DNA of 64,000 bases from positions 56,172,001 to 56,236,000 of the forward strand of contig OX597829.1 of the NCBI GenBank assembly GCA_951406725.2, read 5' to 3'. The position numbers and the translations under genes were made by a program. The DNA is from Octopus vulgaris (Eukaryota). Under the pieces are notes generated by a model, which searched no databases, had not been told where the DNA came from, and saw only the letters and a program-made list of their open reading frames with translations. How positions within the stretch are numbered: the stretch's first letter is position 1; the number at the start of each line of letters is the position of its first letter. Positions 63,897 to 64,000 of this stretch are shown here, in pieces.

Positions 63897-64000
63897 TTTT
63901 GTTTTATGTATGTATTCTCATGCATATTGTTGCATATCTAGACTAATCAAATATATTCAAATGATAAACTTCTGGAAAGTTTTACACATTTTTCCAGTTC

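Overview
AT-rich, intron-containing eukaryotic (animal) DNA dense in microsatellites and transposons. The SINE and microsatellite landscape resembles octopod/coleoid cephalopod genomes (inference only). The only host gene I can support is the 3' end of an ether-a-go-go (EAG/KCNH1-5-type) voltage-gated K+ channel on the + strand (exon 487-683, terminal exon 3966-5402). The rest is repeats. There is one apparently young CR1-group LINE (21102-25702; intact APE-RT ORF2, 7-bp TSD) nested in an old Tx1/L1-like element. There are Penelope-like elements of three different types, several R4/Dong-type RLE-LINE 3' ends abutting (TAA)n tracts, and RTE, Gypsy, Tc1 and mariner relics. Also present are a long-TIR foldback element with an 8-bp TSD, two tRNA-derived SINE families and a 28-bp x ~54 minisatellite. 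The most striking unannotated signal is a set of more than a dozen minimal type I hammerhead-ribozyme motifs, 5 of them with intact cores. Several sit in small non-coding, terminally redundant 300-470-bp units that look like retrozyme/circular-RNA-derived or Penelope pLTR-derived elements. All folds and alignments were made by eye, and boundaries of degenerate repeats are approximate.
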